Positions 1 to 9,048 of a stretch of 64,000 nucleotides of DNA are shown one piece after another. How positions within the stretch are numbered: position 1 is the stretch's first letter; every line of letters starts with the position of its first letter. Origin of the DNA: Cohaesibacter gelatinilyticus (GTDB taxonomy: Bacteria; Pseudomonadota; Alphaproteobacteria; Rhizobiales; Cohaesibacteraceae); assembly GCF_900215605.1 (NCBI RefSeq), contig NZ_OBEL01000003.1, positions 319,523 through 383,522 of the forward strand, read 5' to 3'. The position numbers and the translations under genes were made by a program. The notes below the pieces were generated by a model. It was given only the letters and a program-made list of their open reading frames with translations. It was not told the origin of the DNA and did not search any database.

Positions 1-161
1 GCATAGAGCATCACCGGTCCGCCGTGATGCTCTGACAAATAACTGGCGGTTACAGCAATCATTGTTGCAACAAGGAAGCCAGGCCAGTGATCAATAATCT
101 GGTCTCTTAGTTGGCTGAAGGCGCCCTTTGGAGAGGGAGATGCTGGATCAGTGATGGACAT
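1..161 (-). CDS. Partial CDS (N-terminal part; the rest lies beyond the window start) of a YeiH/UPF0324-like inner membrane protein (putative sulfate exporter family)
   Basis: Minus-strand ATG at 161 opens a frame with no stop to position 1. The N-terminus MSITDPASPSPKGAFSQLRDQIIDHWPGFLVATMIAVTASYLSEHHGGPVMLYA resembles the conserved N-terminus of UPF0324 membrane proteins. It is not in the ORF track because it is truncated. Confidence 0.35.
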   Translation of the reverse strand, partial: MSITDPASPSPKGAFSQLRDQIIDHWPGFLVATMIAVTASYLSEHHGGPVMLY

Positions 162-279
162 GGTGCTTTTGGAGAGTAGAGATTTAAATGCAATGCGCGC
201 ATGTTGGTTAGCAGAATTTTGCGTTCAGGCCAATTGCAAGTGTTGATCCTGCATTTTGGGTCAAACAAAGATTGCCTTT

Positions 280-732
280 CTATTCAATTCGCCGCGGAAC
301 ATTTCTCATTTGGAAGCCTGTCTTGTCCTGCACAAATCCGGCAGCGAGATAAAATCGCAGAACTTCAGGGTTCTGTGATCCTGTCATCAACATCACTTTG
401 TAACACCCCTGCTCAAAGGCCTGATCACAAGCATGGCGTATAATGCTTTTGCCATACCCTTTGTTACGATGCTCAATATGAGTGACGACATTCTCGATCA
501 ATGCATAAGGGCGCCCACCACGTGTCAGATTGGGAACAATGACAAGGCAGCAACTGGCAACAGCTTGGCCTTCTTCCCGGCCGAGATAGATCTTACCCAT
601 AGCCCGATTGTGAAACTGCCGGAATATCTCGACCGCTCTATCTTCATCAAGGACAGGATCATTAGGGATGAGGGATCGATAGAGTTTCAGAAGGGCGGGT
701 AGATCACCTTCTGTCGCTGGCCTAATAATCAT
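280..732 (-). CDS. GNAT family N-acetyltransferase
   Basis: 150 aa. Acetyl-CoA binding motif region VTHIEHRNKGYGKSII and the typical GNAT fold signature RFYLAAGF. Confidence 0.75.
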   Translation of the reverse strand: MIIRPATEGDLPALLKLYRSLIPNDPVLDEDRAVEIFRQFHNRAMGKIYLGREEGQAVASCCLVIVPNLTRGGRPYALIENVVTHIEHRNKGYGKSIIRHACDQAFEQGCYKVMLMTGSQNPEVLRFYLAAGFVQDKTGFQMRNVPRRIE

Positions 733-769
733 TGTCCTGCTCCTGTATCGCGAGCAGACCGTGATTTGA

Positions 770-1360
770 CTATTCTTCGATCACTTCATCGGGATAAATG
801 CCCCAAAGCATGTTGGCGCGCAACCAGCCCTGGCGTCCCTGTGCTGACACCTGACACCAATTGTTTTTACACTTCATCACATCAACCAGAACATTGACCT
901 GCGCCTTGACCACTTCGGATGCGTCATTCTGGGGTTCTTCCTTGAGGCTGAGCAATGTGCCTGGCTTCTGCCATGGGCTGATCAGCGCGGTGCGGCGGCC
1001 AGAAAGAAGGGAATGGAAGACCCAACCTTCCTCACCTTCAGAATCGCGAACACGACGCCAGTTTTCGAATTCCTGAATGATCTCGACAGGAAGCCCGGCA
1101 CGACGGAAAATCCACTTCACTTTATGATCAGTGCTTGGACCGCCGCGCACATTGACGCGGTCTGATTTCAGACTGACAAATCGTGGTACCTTGTAACCAG
1201 ATGGACCAACAGAGGTTCCCTGAGCCCAGACAGAACCAATCTCAAGCATCACAAGGCTTAAGATAAGGGCTGGTAGAACCTTAAGAAATTTATTTTGGGT
1301 AAGTCTTGCCTGGGCCATCTGTACCAAAGTGTTCTGTCGCATGGAAAAAGCGTAAACCAA
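770..1360 (-). CDS. Secreted bacterial SH3-like (DUF1058-type) domain protein
   Basis: 196 aa. N-terminal hydrophobic signal region LKVLPALILSLVMLEIGSVWAQG. The C-terminal NWCQV/GWL motif is typical of SH3b-like domain proteins commonly found next to 2-hydroxyacid dehydrogenase in alphaproteobacteria. The start may be one of the internal Met (1342 or 1318). Confidence 0.55.
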   Translation of the reverse strand: MVYAFSMRQNTLVQMAQARLTQNKFLKVLPALILSLVMLEIGSVWAQGTSVGPSGYKVPRFVSLKSDRVNVRGGPSTDHKVKWIFRRAGLPVEIIQEFENWRRVRDSEGEEGWVFHSLLSGRRTALISPWQKPGTLLSLKEEPQNDASEVVKAQVNVLVDVMKCKNNWCQVSAQGRQGWLRANMLWGIYPDEVIEE

Positions 1361-1636
1361 ACCATTAAATCTTTATTTAAAGAGGAATGACTTTCCCTCA
1401 ATTCTCTTTTTTATCCTGCGGCACCTTTGACCAAGGAACAATCCGATCAGACCTTACCTTTCGCGCCAGCATTTGCTAGACATAGATTGTGGCGCAAATC
1501 ATGTGCCCTGCAAAAGAAAAGAGCTGATGAAATGATCAGGCTCTGCCGTTTAAGCCTGTCCTTCTATCGCGTCAAGATAAAAGCAGGCCAAGATTGCAGA
1601 TCGGCCCGACATTTGAGGCATGATTAGGGCGAACCT

Positions 1637-2623
1637 ATGGCGAAAAACAAGCCGACCGTTGTTGTCACCCGCAAGCTTCCCGATAGTGTGGAAACCCGTA
1701 TGCGGGAATTATTCGATACTCGTTTGAATCTTGAAGACAAGCCGATGAATCAGGCCGAGCTGGTCGAGGCCATGAAAAGTGCGGATGTACTGGTCCCAAC
1801 CGTGACTGATCGCATTGATGCGTCTGTGATCTCGCAGGCCGGTGATCGTCTCAAGCTGATTGCCAACTTTGGGAATGGTGTGGACAATATCGATGTTGCC
1901 ACTGCCAACAAGCGCGGAATCGTGGTGACCAATACCCCGGGTGTTCTGACAGAAGATACCGCCGATATGGCCATGGCTCTGATTCTGGCCGTGCCGCGCC
2001 GCCTGATGGAAGGCATTTCCGTCATGGAGCAGGGCGGATGGCAAGGTTGGTCCCCGACCTGGATGCTCGGCAACCGGATCTGGGGCAAACGCCTTGGCAT
2101 CATCGGTATGGGCCGTATTGGGCAGGCAGTGGCACGTCGCGCCAAGGCTTTCGGTATGCAGATCCATTATCACAATCGTCGGCGCTTGCCCGCAGCTGTT
2201 GAAGCGGAGCATGAAGCGACATATTGGGAATCTCTCGATCAGATGCTGGCCCGTATGGATGTGATTTCCATCCATTGTCCGCATACGCCAGGCACATATC
2301 ATCTGCTGTCTGCACGCCGCCTGAAACTGATTCGCCCAGACGCCTATATCGTCAACACCGCTCGTGGCGAAGTGATTGATGAAAACTCTCTGGCTCGCAT
2401 GGTCCTCAATAACGAGATTGCCGGTGCTGGGCTTGACGTATTCGAGCATGAACCTGCGGTCAATCCGAAATTGGCGCAGTCGAATCGTGTTGTGCTCATC
2501 CCGCATATGGGATCGGCGACCTTGGAAGGCCGCTCGGATATGGGCGAGAAGGTCATCATCAATATCAAGACCTTCATGGATGGTCATCGTCCACCAGATC
2601 GCGTCTTGCCATCCATGCTCTGA
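1637..2623 (+). CDS. D-isomer-specific 2-hydroxyacid dehydrogenase (glyoxylate/hydroxypyruvate reductase family)
   Basis: 328 aa. NAD-binding GxGxxG motif in LGIIGMGRIGQAVARRA. Catalytic and conserved residues include NTARG, ALDVFEHEP and HMGSAT. Confidence 0.85.
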   Translation: MAKNKPTVVVTRKLPDSVETRMRELFDTRLNLEDKPMNQAELVEAMKSADVLVPTVTDRIDASVISQAGDRLKLIANFGNGVDNIDVATANKRGIVVTNTPGVLTEDTADMAMALILAVPRRLMEGISVMEQGGWQGWSPTWMLGNRIWGKRLGIIGMGRIGQAVARRAKAFGMQIHYHNRRRLPAAVEAEHEATYWESLDQMLARMDVISIHCPHTPGTYHLLSARRLKLIRPDAYIVNTARGEVIDENSLARMVLNNEIAGAGLDVFEHEPAVNPKLAQSNRVVLIPHMGSATLEGRSDMGEKVIINIKTFMDGHRPPDRVLPSML

Positions 2624-2686
2624 TGGCAGTGGAAATGTAGAGGTAATCACCTGCGAGGAGTTCATGCTCTTCGCGGGTTTTTCTTA

Positions 2687-3448
2687 TTAGAAATCCTGCA
2701 GCAGTTTTGTTGTCTGTGGATCCATGAAACCGGCAATGGTGGCCTCGGTCTCCCTGTCCATGGCGTTGTTCAAATTCTGAAAGGCACTTTGGTTCAGAAC
2801 GCGTTTCATCGCACGAACGGAGAGCGGCGGTAAATTGGCCAGCTTCTGAGCTACAGCGAGGGCTTCGGATTGTAGCTGCTCATCGCCAACCATGCGCCAG
2901 GCTACGCCAAGTTCCAAAAGCTCTGCTGAGCTATACCGTTCTCCAAAAAACAGCATCTCCCGTGCCTTGTTCAAGCCAACCAAGGCTGGCAAAAGAGAAG
3001 TCACTCCTCCGGTTACAAACAGATTAAGCGAGACTTCGGGGAAGAACCCCCTAGCGCTTTCCGCCCAAATGGGAAAGTCACAATTGATCGCCCATTCGAA
3101 CCCGCCCCCGACGGCCCAGCCATTGATGGCACCGACGACCGGCTTTTCGCCTAAGCTGATTGCTCGTGTCACGCGCTGAATGGCGAGCGTTAGCTGACGG
3201 GCCTCACTTTCACTTTCTGGATGACGGTGGGCCTTGCGGTCATCGCCTGCGCAAAAGGCGCGACCCTCTCCGGTCAGGATAAGGACGCGGCTTTTGCTAT
3301 CTCTGTTGGCATCTTCGAATGCTTGTGCCAGATCCGCGATCAACGAAGGGTTCATCGCATTGAGAACATCAGGGCGATTCAGGCTGATCTTGCGAACGCC
3401 ATCTGCCACAATTTGTGAAGTGACCGTTTCATAGCAAAAATCAGACAT
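2687..3448 (-). CDS. Enoyl-CoA hydratase/isomerase (crotonase) family protein
   Basis: Crotonase-fold motifs ILTGEGRAFCAGDD and GAINGWAVGGGFE. Start taken at internal Met MSDFCYET (3448), which overlaps the stop of the upstream ligase gene by 8 nt. Confidence 0.8.
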   Translation of the reverse strand: MSDFCYETVTSQIVADGVRKISLNRPDVLNAMNPSLIADLAQAFEDANRDSKSRVLILTGEGRAFCAGDDRKAHRHPESESEARQLTLAIQRVTRAISLGEKPVVGAINGWAVGGGFEWAINCDFPIWAESARGFFPEVSLNLFVTGGVTSLLPALVGLNKAREMLFFGERYSSAELLELGVAWRMVGDEQLQSEALAVAQKLANLPPLSVRAMKRVLNQSAFQNLNNAMDRETEATIAGFMDPQTTKLLQDF

Positions 3449-4763
3449 GACCCACTCCGTCTTTTGCTGAATGCAAAACCCGTCTTGTTTTGCCCTCGGT
3501 TGTCGGAAAAGAAGCAAAGAGGCGCAGTGTAACTTCGGCGGTCACGCCAAGACGCTTCTTGATCAGGGCTTCAACCTCTCTGGCTAGTGCATCGCTTATG
3601 CCTTGTTGTTTGGCGACTTCGGCATGAACTGGCAAGCGATCATAAGGTGGATGTCCATCGAGAATGATCCGGTAATCTCCCGACAATTGCGGCATGGATC
3701 CAAGGATGGCCGCAATTTGGGTAGGAAAGACATTCAGCCCCCGAACAACCACCATATCATCAGAGCGCCCGATCACCTTGAAGCGCATGCCAGTACGCCC
3801 ACATGAACATGGATCTGAAGCAACAATTTGCAGAATATCGCCTGTCCGGAACCGGACCAGTGGTTGGCAGTCCTTGGCAAGATGCGTCAAAACCAGTTCG
3901 CCAATCTGCCCATCTTGCATATCGAGTACTTGGCCATTGTCAGGGTCAATCAGTTCTGGATAGAGAATATCACTTCCCAGAAAATGCAGGTGCGTGTCGT
4001 GTTCGCACTGGCTGGCAAAGTTGGAAAAAACATCAGATACGCCATAATTGGCGTTTCTGGGTTCCATTCCCCAGACATCTTTCAGCCGTTGCCGAAAAGC
4101 AGGATCATCCAGTCCTGCTTCACCACCAAAGAGGCCTAGTCGCAGTCCCAAATCCTTTGGATCGATATTGGGAAAATGTGATTCCAGAACGCGCTCCAAA
4201 ACGGATGGATAACTCGGTGTGCATGAGATTGCATTGATACCAATTTCCTGAATTGTCCGAATGAGCAATTCACTGCTCCCAACCCCAAAGGGAACGACCA
4301 TGGCACCAGTTTGCTCAAGTGTTAGATGGTCGCTTACTCCACCCATCCACATTTGATAATTCAGACAATGGACCACTTTATCACTCGCTTTAAGACCAGC
4401 CGCCCGATGGCTTCGTCCGCCGACCACCGCAGTGATGTGACAGTCCCTTGCTGACAAAGCCAGATTCATGGCCTGACCTGTGGTTCCAGATGTGCGGTGC
4501 AGGCGATTGACCTCTGATGGATCTGCAGCAAGATATGATCCGAACGGTCCATGCTTTGCTTGCGAGAGGCGTAATTGTGATTTGTCCGATAAGGGAAGGG
4601 CAGCAAGGTCGGATAAGGTTTGTGGGGGCCGTGTGCCCTGCCAGAGCTTTTGATAGAAGACTGAGCGTTCAGCCACATAGGTGCTTTGCTTTTCCCAAAG
4701 CGTTTGCTGATGGCTTGCAAGGGTAGCTTTATCCGCCCATTCTGCATTTTTCAGTAAGCTCAT
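3441..4763 (-). CDS. Phenylacetate-CoA ligase family protein (PaaK-like / F390-synthetase-like adenylate-forming enzyme)
   Basis: 440 aa. AMP-binding signature RTSGTTGQAMN and C-terminal PaaK-type domain TRRVLHS. ATGA overlap with the tetR stop suggests co-transcription. Confidence 0.75.
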   Translation of the reverse strand: MSLLKNAEWADKATLASHQQTLWEKQSTYVAERSVFYQKLWQGTRPPQTLSDLAALPLSDKSQLRLSQAKHGPFGSYLAADPSEVNRLHRTSGTTGQAMNLALSARDCHITAVVGGRSHRAAGLKASDKVVHCLNYQMWMGGVSDHLTLEQTGAMVVPFGVGSSELLIRTIQEIGINAISCTPSYPSVLERVLESHFPNIDPKDLGLRLGLFGGEAGLDDPAFRQRLKDVWGMEPRNANYGVSDVFSNFASQCEHDTHLHFLGSDILYPELIDPDNGQVLDMQDGQIGELVLTHLAKDCQPLVRFRTGDILQIVASDPCSCGRTGMRFKVIGRSDDMVVVRGLNVFPTQIAAILGSMPQLSGDYRIILDGHPPYDRLPVHAEVAKQQGISDALAREVEALIKKRLGVTAEVTLRLFASFPTTEGKTRRVLHSAKDGVGHV

Positions 4764-5473
4764 AATGCCAGTCCTCGTTTCCAGATATCACTGAGACTGT
4801 CAATCACGGCCTCTTTGTCATCTGAAAGAGATTTCAAATAGGGGTCTTTGTGCAACAAAAGGACATTGAGATATTGATCGACCAATCCACCCAAGGCATA
4901 GGCTCGTCTTTGCAAATCTTCCTGTGAGAAGGGTTGAGTGATCCCCTTACTTTTCCAGCGCTTCATGGTCGAATGAGTGACGCTATCCGCCCATTCTCTG
5001 TTCAACCGCAAAAAGGCTTCTCTTGTTTCTGGGAAATCTTCCAGATGATGGATGAGGCATTTCATCAAACCCAGATTGGCTTCAAACAAGTGATAATAGG
5101 CAGCTGTTGTCGCCCGCACACTATCTTCACTCTCATATTGTGAAGCCTGTTTCATTTGCACTTGCAGGAAAGCGATATAGGCCTGCAGCAAATGGGAAAC
5201 AAAATCATGTCGATCCTGAAAATGTAAATAGAAGGTGCCCTGAGCAATCCCTGCTTCCTTGCAAAGCTTTGAAACAGTTAGCTGACTGAGACTTTCTCTA
5301 TCCAAAAGATCGCAGCCAGCAATTTGAAGTGAGAGTGATGTGCGCTCGCGTTTCTTGAGCACATCTCGTTGCGCTTCCAGCCAGTTCTTCAGACTTGCAG
5401 AAAAGCCAAAACAGACAGTGTTGTCTGTCTGCTGCGATAGAAGAAAGGTTGAAAGATGAGCGGACAAAGACAT
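4760..5473 (-). CDS. TetR/AcrR family transcriptional regulator
   Basis: 237 aa. HTH region LTVSKLCKEAGIAQGTFYLHFQDRHDF is a typical TetR_N. First gene of the tetR / CoA-ligase / crotonase operon. Confidence 0.8.
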   Translation of the reverse strand: MSLSAHLSTFLLSQQTDNTVCFGFSASLKNWLEAQRDVLKKRERTSLSLQIAGCDLLDRESLSQLTVSKLCKEAGIAQGTFYLHFQDRHDFVSHLLQAYIAFLQVQMKQASQYESEDSVRATTAAYYHLFEANLGLMKCLIHHLEDFPETREAFLRLNREWADSVTHSTMKRWKSKGITQPFSQEDLQRRAYALGGLVDQYLNVLLLHKDPYLKSLSDDKEAVIDSLSDIWKRGLAL

Positions 5474-5486
5474 GAAAAATCCAAAA

Positions 5487-5508
5487 AAATGAAACTGATG
5501 TCAGTTTC
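5487..5508. promoter_or_regulatory. Candidate TetR operator: perfect 10-bp inverted repeat ATGAAACTGA-tg-TCAGTTTCAT
   Basis: Read directly in the sequence 14 bp upstream of the tetR start codon. Palindromic operators overlapping the tetR promoter are the norm for this family. Confidence 0.5.
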
Positions 5509-5642
5509 ATTTATATTCAATTTTCCCAATATTGCAACAAACAATCCTTCAGTTCGAATCTGAGAAACTTGAGTAGACAAACGAAAGCCCTCACGAAATG
5601 ATCGTAAGGGCTTGAAAGTTTTAAGATGTTTTGAATGAGGGC

Positions 5643-6392
5643 TTAATCTGGCCGACGGCGATATTTGATGGTCTCGAACCGGGCGGCGCGGGAATCATAG
5701 AGCATAAGACGGCCGACCAGTCCTTCGCCAAGGCCAACAATCTCCTTGATCACTTCGACAGCCTGAAGGGAGCCGATCACGCCGGTCAGCGCGCCGAGTA
5801 CCCCGGCTTCGGCGCAGGATGGGATGCTGCCAGCTTCGGGCTTTTTCGGAAAGAGATCACGGTAGCGCGGGTTGAGCTGCCCCGCTTCATTCCTGTCAAA
5901 TGGTTTGAGAGTTGTGATCGATCCGTCAAACAACCCGACAGCCGCCGTGATCAATGGCACTTCAGCTGTTTCGCAGAGATCTGCGACCAGGTAGCGGGTA
6001 TCGAAATTGTCCGAGCCATCAACCACAAGATCATATTTGGCGACGAGTTCCGCACCATTGCTCTCATCCAGACGGCATTCATGCGCTTCCAGTGTCACAT
6101 GAGGATTGATGCGGGCAAGGGACCGACGTGCGCTTTCGACCTTGGGCACATCAATCGCGTCGCTATCATGAATGATCTGACGCTGAAGGTTGGAGAGGGA
6201 GACATGGTCATCATCCACCACACCCAAAGTGCCGACGCCTGCTGCGGCCAGATAAGCAAGAACAGGTGAGCCAAGACCACCCGCACCAATGATCAGAACA
6301 CGCGCAGCTTTCAGCTTCTGCTGACCCGGCCCTCCGACATCGCGAAGGAGAATATGGCGGGCATAGCGTTCCAGTTCTTGTTCATCCAGCAT
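5643..6392 (-). CDS. moeB: Molybdopterin-synthase adenylyltransferase MoeB (ThiF/MoeB/HesA family)
   Basis: 249 aa. Nucleotide-binding VLIIGAGGLGSP and conserved ThiF-fold motifs, with a C-terminal CxxC-like region. Confidence 0.8.
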   Translation of the reverse strand: MLDEQELERYARHILLRDVGGPGQQKLKAARVLIIGAGGLGSPVLAYLAAAGVGTLGVVDDDHVSLSNLQRQIIHDSDAIDVPKVESARRSLARINPHVTLEAHECRLDESNGAELVAKYDLVVDGSDNFDTRYLVADLCETAEVPLITAAVGLFDGSITTLKPFDRNEAGQLNPRYRDLFPKKPEAGSIPSCAEAGVLGALTGVIGSLQAVEVIKEIVGLGEGLVGRLMLYDSRAARFETIKYRRRPD

Positions 6393-6429
6393 GGTCGGTC
6401 ACTATCTTCTTGGCTTGTTGGGAGGCGCG

Positions 6430-7188
6430 TCACATTTTGATGGGAACGGCAATATAGCGCATGCCAGGTCCCTCAAACCCGCGCTGATATACCCCAACCA
6501 ATGCAACCGCATAGTCCGAGCGATTATAGCGAGAAGAGGAATATACGGCTACGAGCCGATAGGAAATTGGACAATTTCGGGACTTTGGAACCTCTTTATC
6601 CTCATATATTTCTCGTGGATCCCCAGCTTCTCCATGTTTCATGTCGAGACCAAAACCCATCACCCGACCGTTATCATTGCAGCCGTGAAAATCCTGGGCA
6701 TCTTCCTGCCAGAGTTGCAAGATGTAAGGTTTATCCTGCTTGCCCAAGATTGGATATTTCAGAAAACTGAAGGATAGTTTCATCGGGTCAATGCCAACCT
6801 CGGTGATTGGATTGGCAGCGAGTAAGGCTCCACTAACGGAAATGCGATAGCGCTCCAAAAGGGGGCGCGCTTCTGATGAAGCTTTGACCCGGGCGGCTAG
6901 AACCGGCTGGTTCTCATCTTTCACCAAGACGCGGACAGGGCTGCCGTCCAGCCATTTGTCCTTTTCAAGATCTATCAGATAGATATTGGAATAGACAAAG
7001 CCGGAGCCATCCTGACGACCAAACTCCTCGAAGGCGAAATATTGTCCATTGTCAGAAAAGCCATGAACGCGAAATTCGGCGACTTCGCCCGCAAATGCGC
7101 TGGTTGCCAAACTGCTGAAAAGCCCGAATGTGACAGCGAGTAATACCAGACCTGCCCGTATCGGGGCCATGAAATGGTGCCGCATCAT
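6430..7188 (-). CDS. DUF2259-like secreted hypothetical protein
   Basis: ORF 6430-7221. Signal-peptide-like segment MAPIRAGLVLLAVTFGLFSSLATSAFA. The start codon is uncertain (7221, 7188 or 7170). No catalytic motif recognised. Confidence 0.5.
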   Translation of the reverse strand: MMRHHFMAPIRAGLVLLAVTFGLFSSLATSAFAGEVAEFRVHGFSDNGQYFAFEEFGRQDGSGFVYSNIYLIDLEKDKWLDGSPVRVLVKDENQPVLAARVKASSEARPLLERYRISVSGALLAANPITEVGIDPMKLSFSFLKYPILGKQDKPYILQLWQEDAQDFHGCNDNGRVMGFGLDMKHGEAGDPREIYEDKEVPKSRNCPISYRLVAVYSSSRYNRSDYAVALVGVYQRGFEGPGMRYIAVPIKM

Positions 7189-7251
7189 GATCCAAAATCC
7201 CCTCAATGATTCTTGTCTCAATCGAGTATGAGAGCGAAGTTGGAAAAAACA

Positions 7252-7276
7252 AAGGCCGGAACTTGGTTCCGGCCTT
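7252..7276 (-). terminator. Rho-independent terminator hairpin after cysK (AAGGCCGGAAC-ttgg-TTCCGGCCTT followed by a T-run on the minus strand)
   Basis: Perfect 11-bp stem read directly in the sequence, immediately downstream of the cysK stop. Confidence 0.6.
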
Positions 7277-7309
7277 GAAAATTTTCAGTATTATGCGCTT
7301 GGTTCTGTC

Positions 7310-8278
7310 TTACACGCCTTCAAACAGGGCAGTAGAGAGATAGCGCTCGGCAAAGCTGGGAATGATGATGACAACATTCTTGCCAGCCATATCAGCGCGC
7401 TTGCCAACTTCCAGAGCCGCAGCAATGGCTGCGCCAGAAGAGATACCGGCAGGCACACCTTCCAGACGAGCCAGCTCACGGCTATGAGTGAAGGCATCTT
7501 CGTTGGCGATGGTGATCACTTCATCATAGACCGCGGTATTCAGCACATCAGGCACAAACCCTGCACCAATGCCCTGAATTTTATGAGGGCCAGGCTCACC
7601 ACCGGATAGAATCGGACTGTCGGTTGGCTCGACGGCCACGACGTGCAGATCAGCATTGCGTTTTTTCAGGGCAGTGCCAACACCGGTGATGGTTCCACCG
7701 GTACCGATGCCGGAAATCAAAGCATCAATCTTGCCATCGGTATCATTCCAGATCTCGTTGGCGGTGGTGTTTTCATGGATTTCAGGGTTGGCCGGGTTCT
7801 GGAACTGCTGCGGAATGATAGCATCTTCAAGGCTGCCGACCAGCTCTTCAGCACGGGCAATCGCGCCTTTCATGCCTTTTGCACCCTCAGTCAATTCCAG
7901 CTCGGCACCAAGGAAGGCAAACATCTTGCGACGCTCGATGGACATGGTCTCAGGCATCACCAGAATAAGGCGATAGCCTTTGGCAGCAGCGGTGAAGGCC
8001 AGTGCGACACCGGTGTTACCAGAAGTTGGCTCGATCAGAGTGGTTTTGCCCGGAGTAATCTTTCCAGCGGCTTCCATGCTTTCAATCATGGCCACACCAA
8101 TACGGTCTTTCACGCTTGCAAGCGGATTGAAGAATTCCAGCTTGGCCAGCAGATTGGCTTTCACGCCATGCTGTTTGGCGAGTTTGTCCAAGCGTACGAT
8201 GGGCGTATTGCCAATGGTATCGACAATGGAATCGTAAATACGGCCGCGGCCTTCGGTGCTTCTAGGGGAGTTAGCCAT
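7310..8278 (-). CDS. cysK: Cysteine synthase A (O-acetylserine sulfhydrylase)
   Basis: 322 aa. PLP-lysine motif NPLASVKDRIG, GNTG loop TSGNTGVALA, and GIGTGGTITG. Confidence 0.9.
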   Translation of the reverse strand: MANSPRSTEGRGRIYDSIVDTIGNTPIVRLDKLAKQHGVKANLLAKLEFFNPLASVKDRIGVAMIESMEAAGKITPGKTTLIEPTSGNTGVALAFTAAAKGYRLILVMPETMSIERRKMFAFLGAELELTEGAKGMKGAIARAEELVGSLEDAIIPQQFQNPANPEIHENTTANEIWNDTDGKIDALISGIGTGGTITGVGTALKKRNADLHVVAVEPTDSPILSGGEPGPHKIQGIGAGFVPDVLNTAVYDEVITIANEDAFTHSRELARLEGVPAGISSGAAIAAALEVGKRADMAGKNVVIIIPSFAERYLSTALFEGV

Positions 8279-8567
8279 GATACTATCCTTGAAAAGTCAA
8301 AAATCTCAAAGACCATTATATGGTGGTCTTTCTCATTGACCTCAAATGTAGATAGTCACGGCTCCGCTTTCGAGGAATCTCGTTCCAACCTTTGTTTATG
8401 AAGAGGAAAAGATATCTTCATTGCGTAAATTTGAAGGTACGCAATTGCAATAGGGTGGGGGGAGTGTGTTTGGCGTAGAAAATTATTCTACTCGAAGGGT
8501 TGCGAAACTCAAACAACTCGTATGTTTCGCACGTCCCCGCAAAAGCAAGATATAGCTAGTACGAGAC

Positions 8568-9032
8568 TTAGTGCTTCCCGGTTGAACCAAATCCACCAGA
8601 GCCACGAACGCTATCAGGTAGGGCGTCCACTTCTACCACTTCTACCACTTCGACCTGCAGGACCGGTGCAATGATCATCTGGCCGATGCGCATGCCTCGT
8701 TCGATGACGAAATCCTCATCGCCATGATTGATGAGAATGATCTTCAGCTCACCGCGATAATCGCTATCAATGGTGCCAGGTGAATTGAGAACAGTAACGC
8801 CATGTTTGAAAGCAAGGCCGGAGCGAGGGCGCATTTGCGCTTCGAAACCCGCTTCCAGTGCCATGGTCAGACCGGTTGGCACCAAAGCCCGCCCACCATT
8901 GGCTTTCAATATAATCGGCTCATCTGCATCATTGGCTGCACGAACATCCATGCCAGCGGCCTCTGCGCTTTCATAGCGTGGAAGGCTCAGTCCTTCAAAA
9001 TGAGGTAGAGCTCTGAAAGCCAGTTTGGTCAT
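8568..9032 (-). CDS. dut: dUTP diphosphatase
   Basis: dUTPase motifs [28 protein letters not shown] and RIGQMII. Start taken at MTKLAF. Contains an in-frame tandem repeat VEVVEVVEV near the C-terminus. Confidence 0.85.
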   Translation of the reverse strand: MTKLAFRALPHFEGLSLPRYESAEAAGMDVRAANDADEPIILKANGGRALVPTGLTMALEAGFEAQMRPRSGLAFKHGVTVLNSPGTIDSDYRGELKIILINHGDEDFVIERGMRIGQMIIAPVLQVEVVEVVEVDALPDSVRGSGGFGSTGKH

Positions 9033-9048
9033 GGAAGTGTCCTTAGAT

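Noticed and set aside
1709-2665. 318-aa ORF antisense to the 2-hydroxyacid dehydrogenase gene
   Set aside because: It lies completely inside a strongly supported CDS on the other strand and has no recognisable motif. It is a typical GC-rich antisense artefact. The same applies to 5631-6269 (antisense moeB), 7643-8401 (antisense cysK), 19685-20371 (antisense engB), 21276-22547 (antisense yidC), 39712-40731 (antisense dnaA) and 56275-57102 (antisense pheT).
8311-8330. Hairpin AGACCAttatatggTGGTCT upstream of cysK as a riboswitch or attenuator
   Set aside because: It is a lone short hairpin with no recognisable riboswitch core. It could equally be a dut-distal terminator, and there is insufficient evidence to call it.
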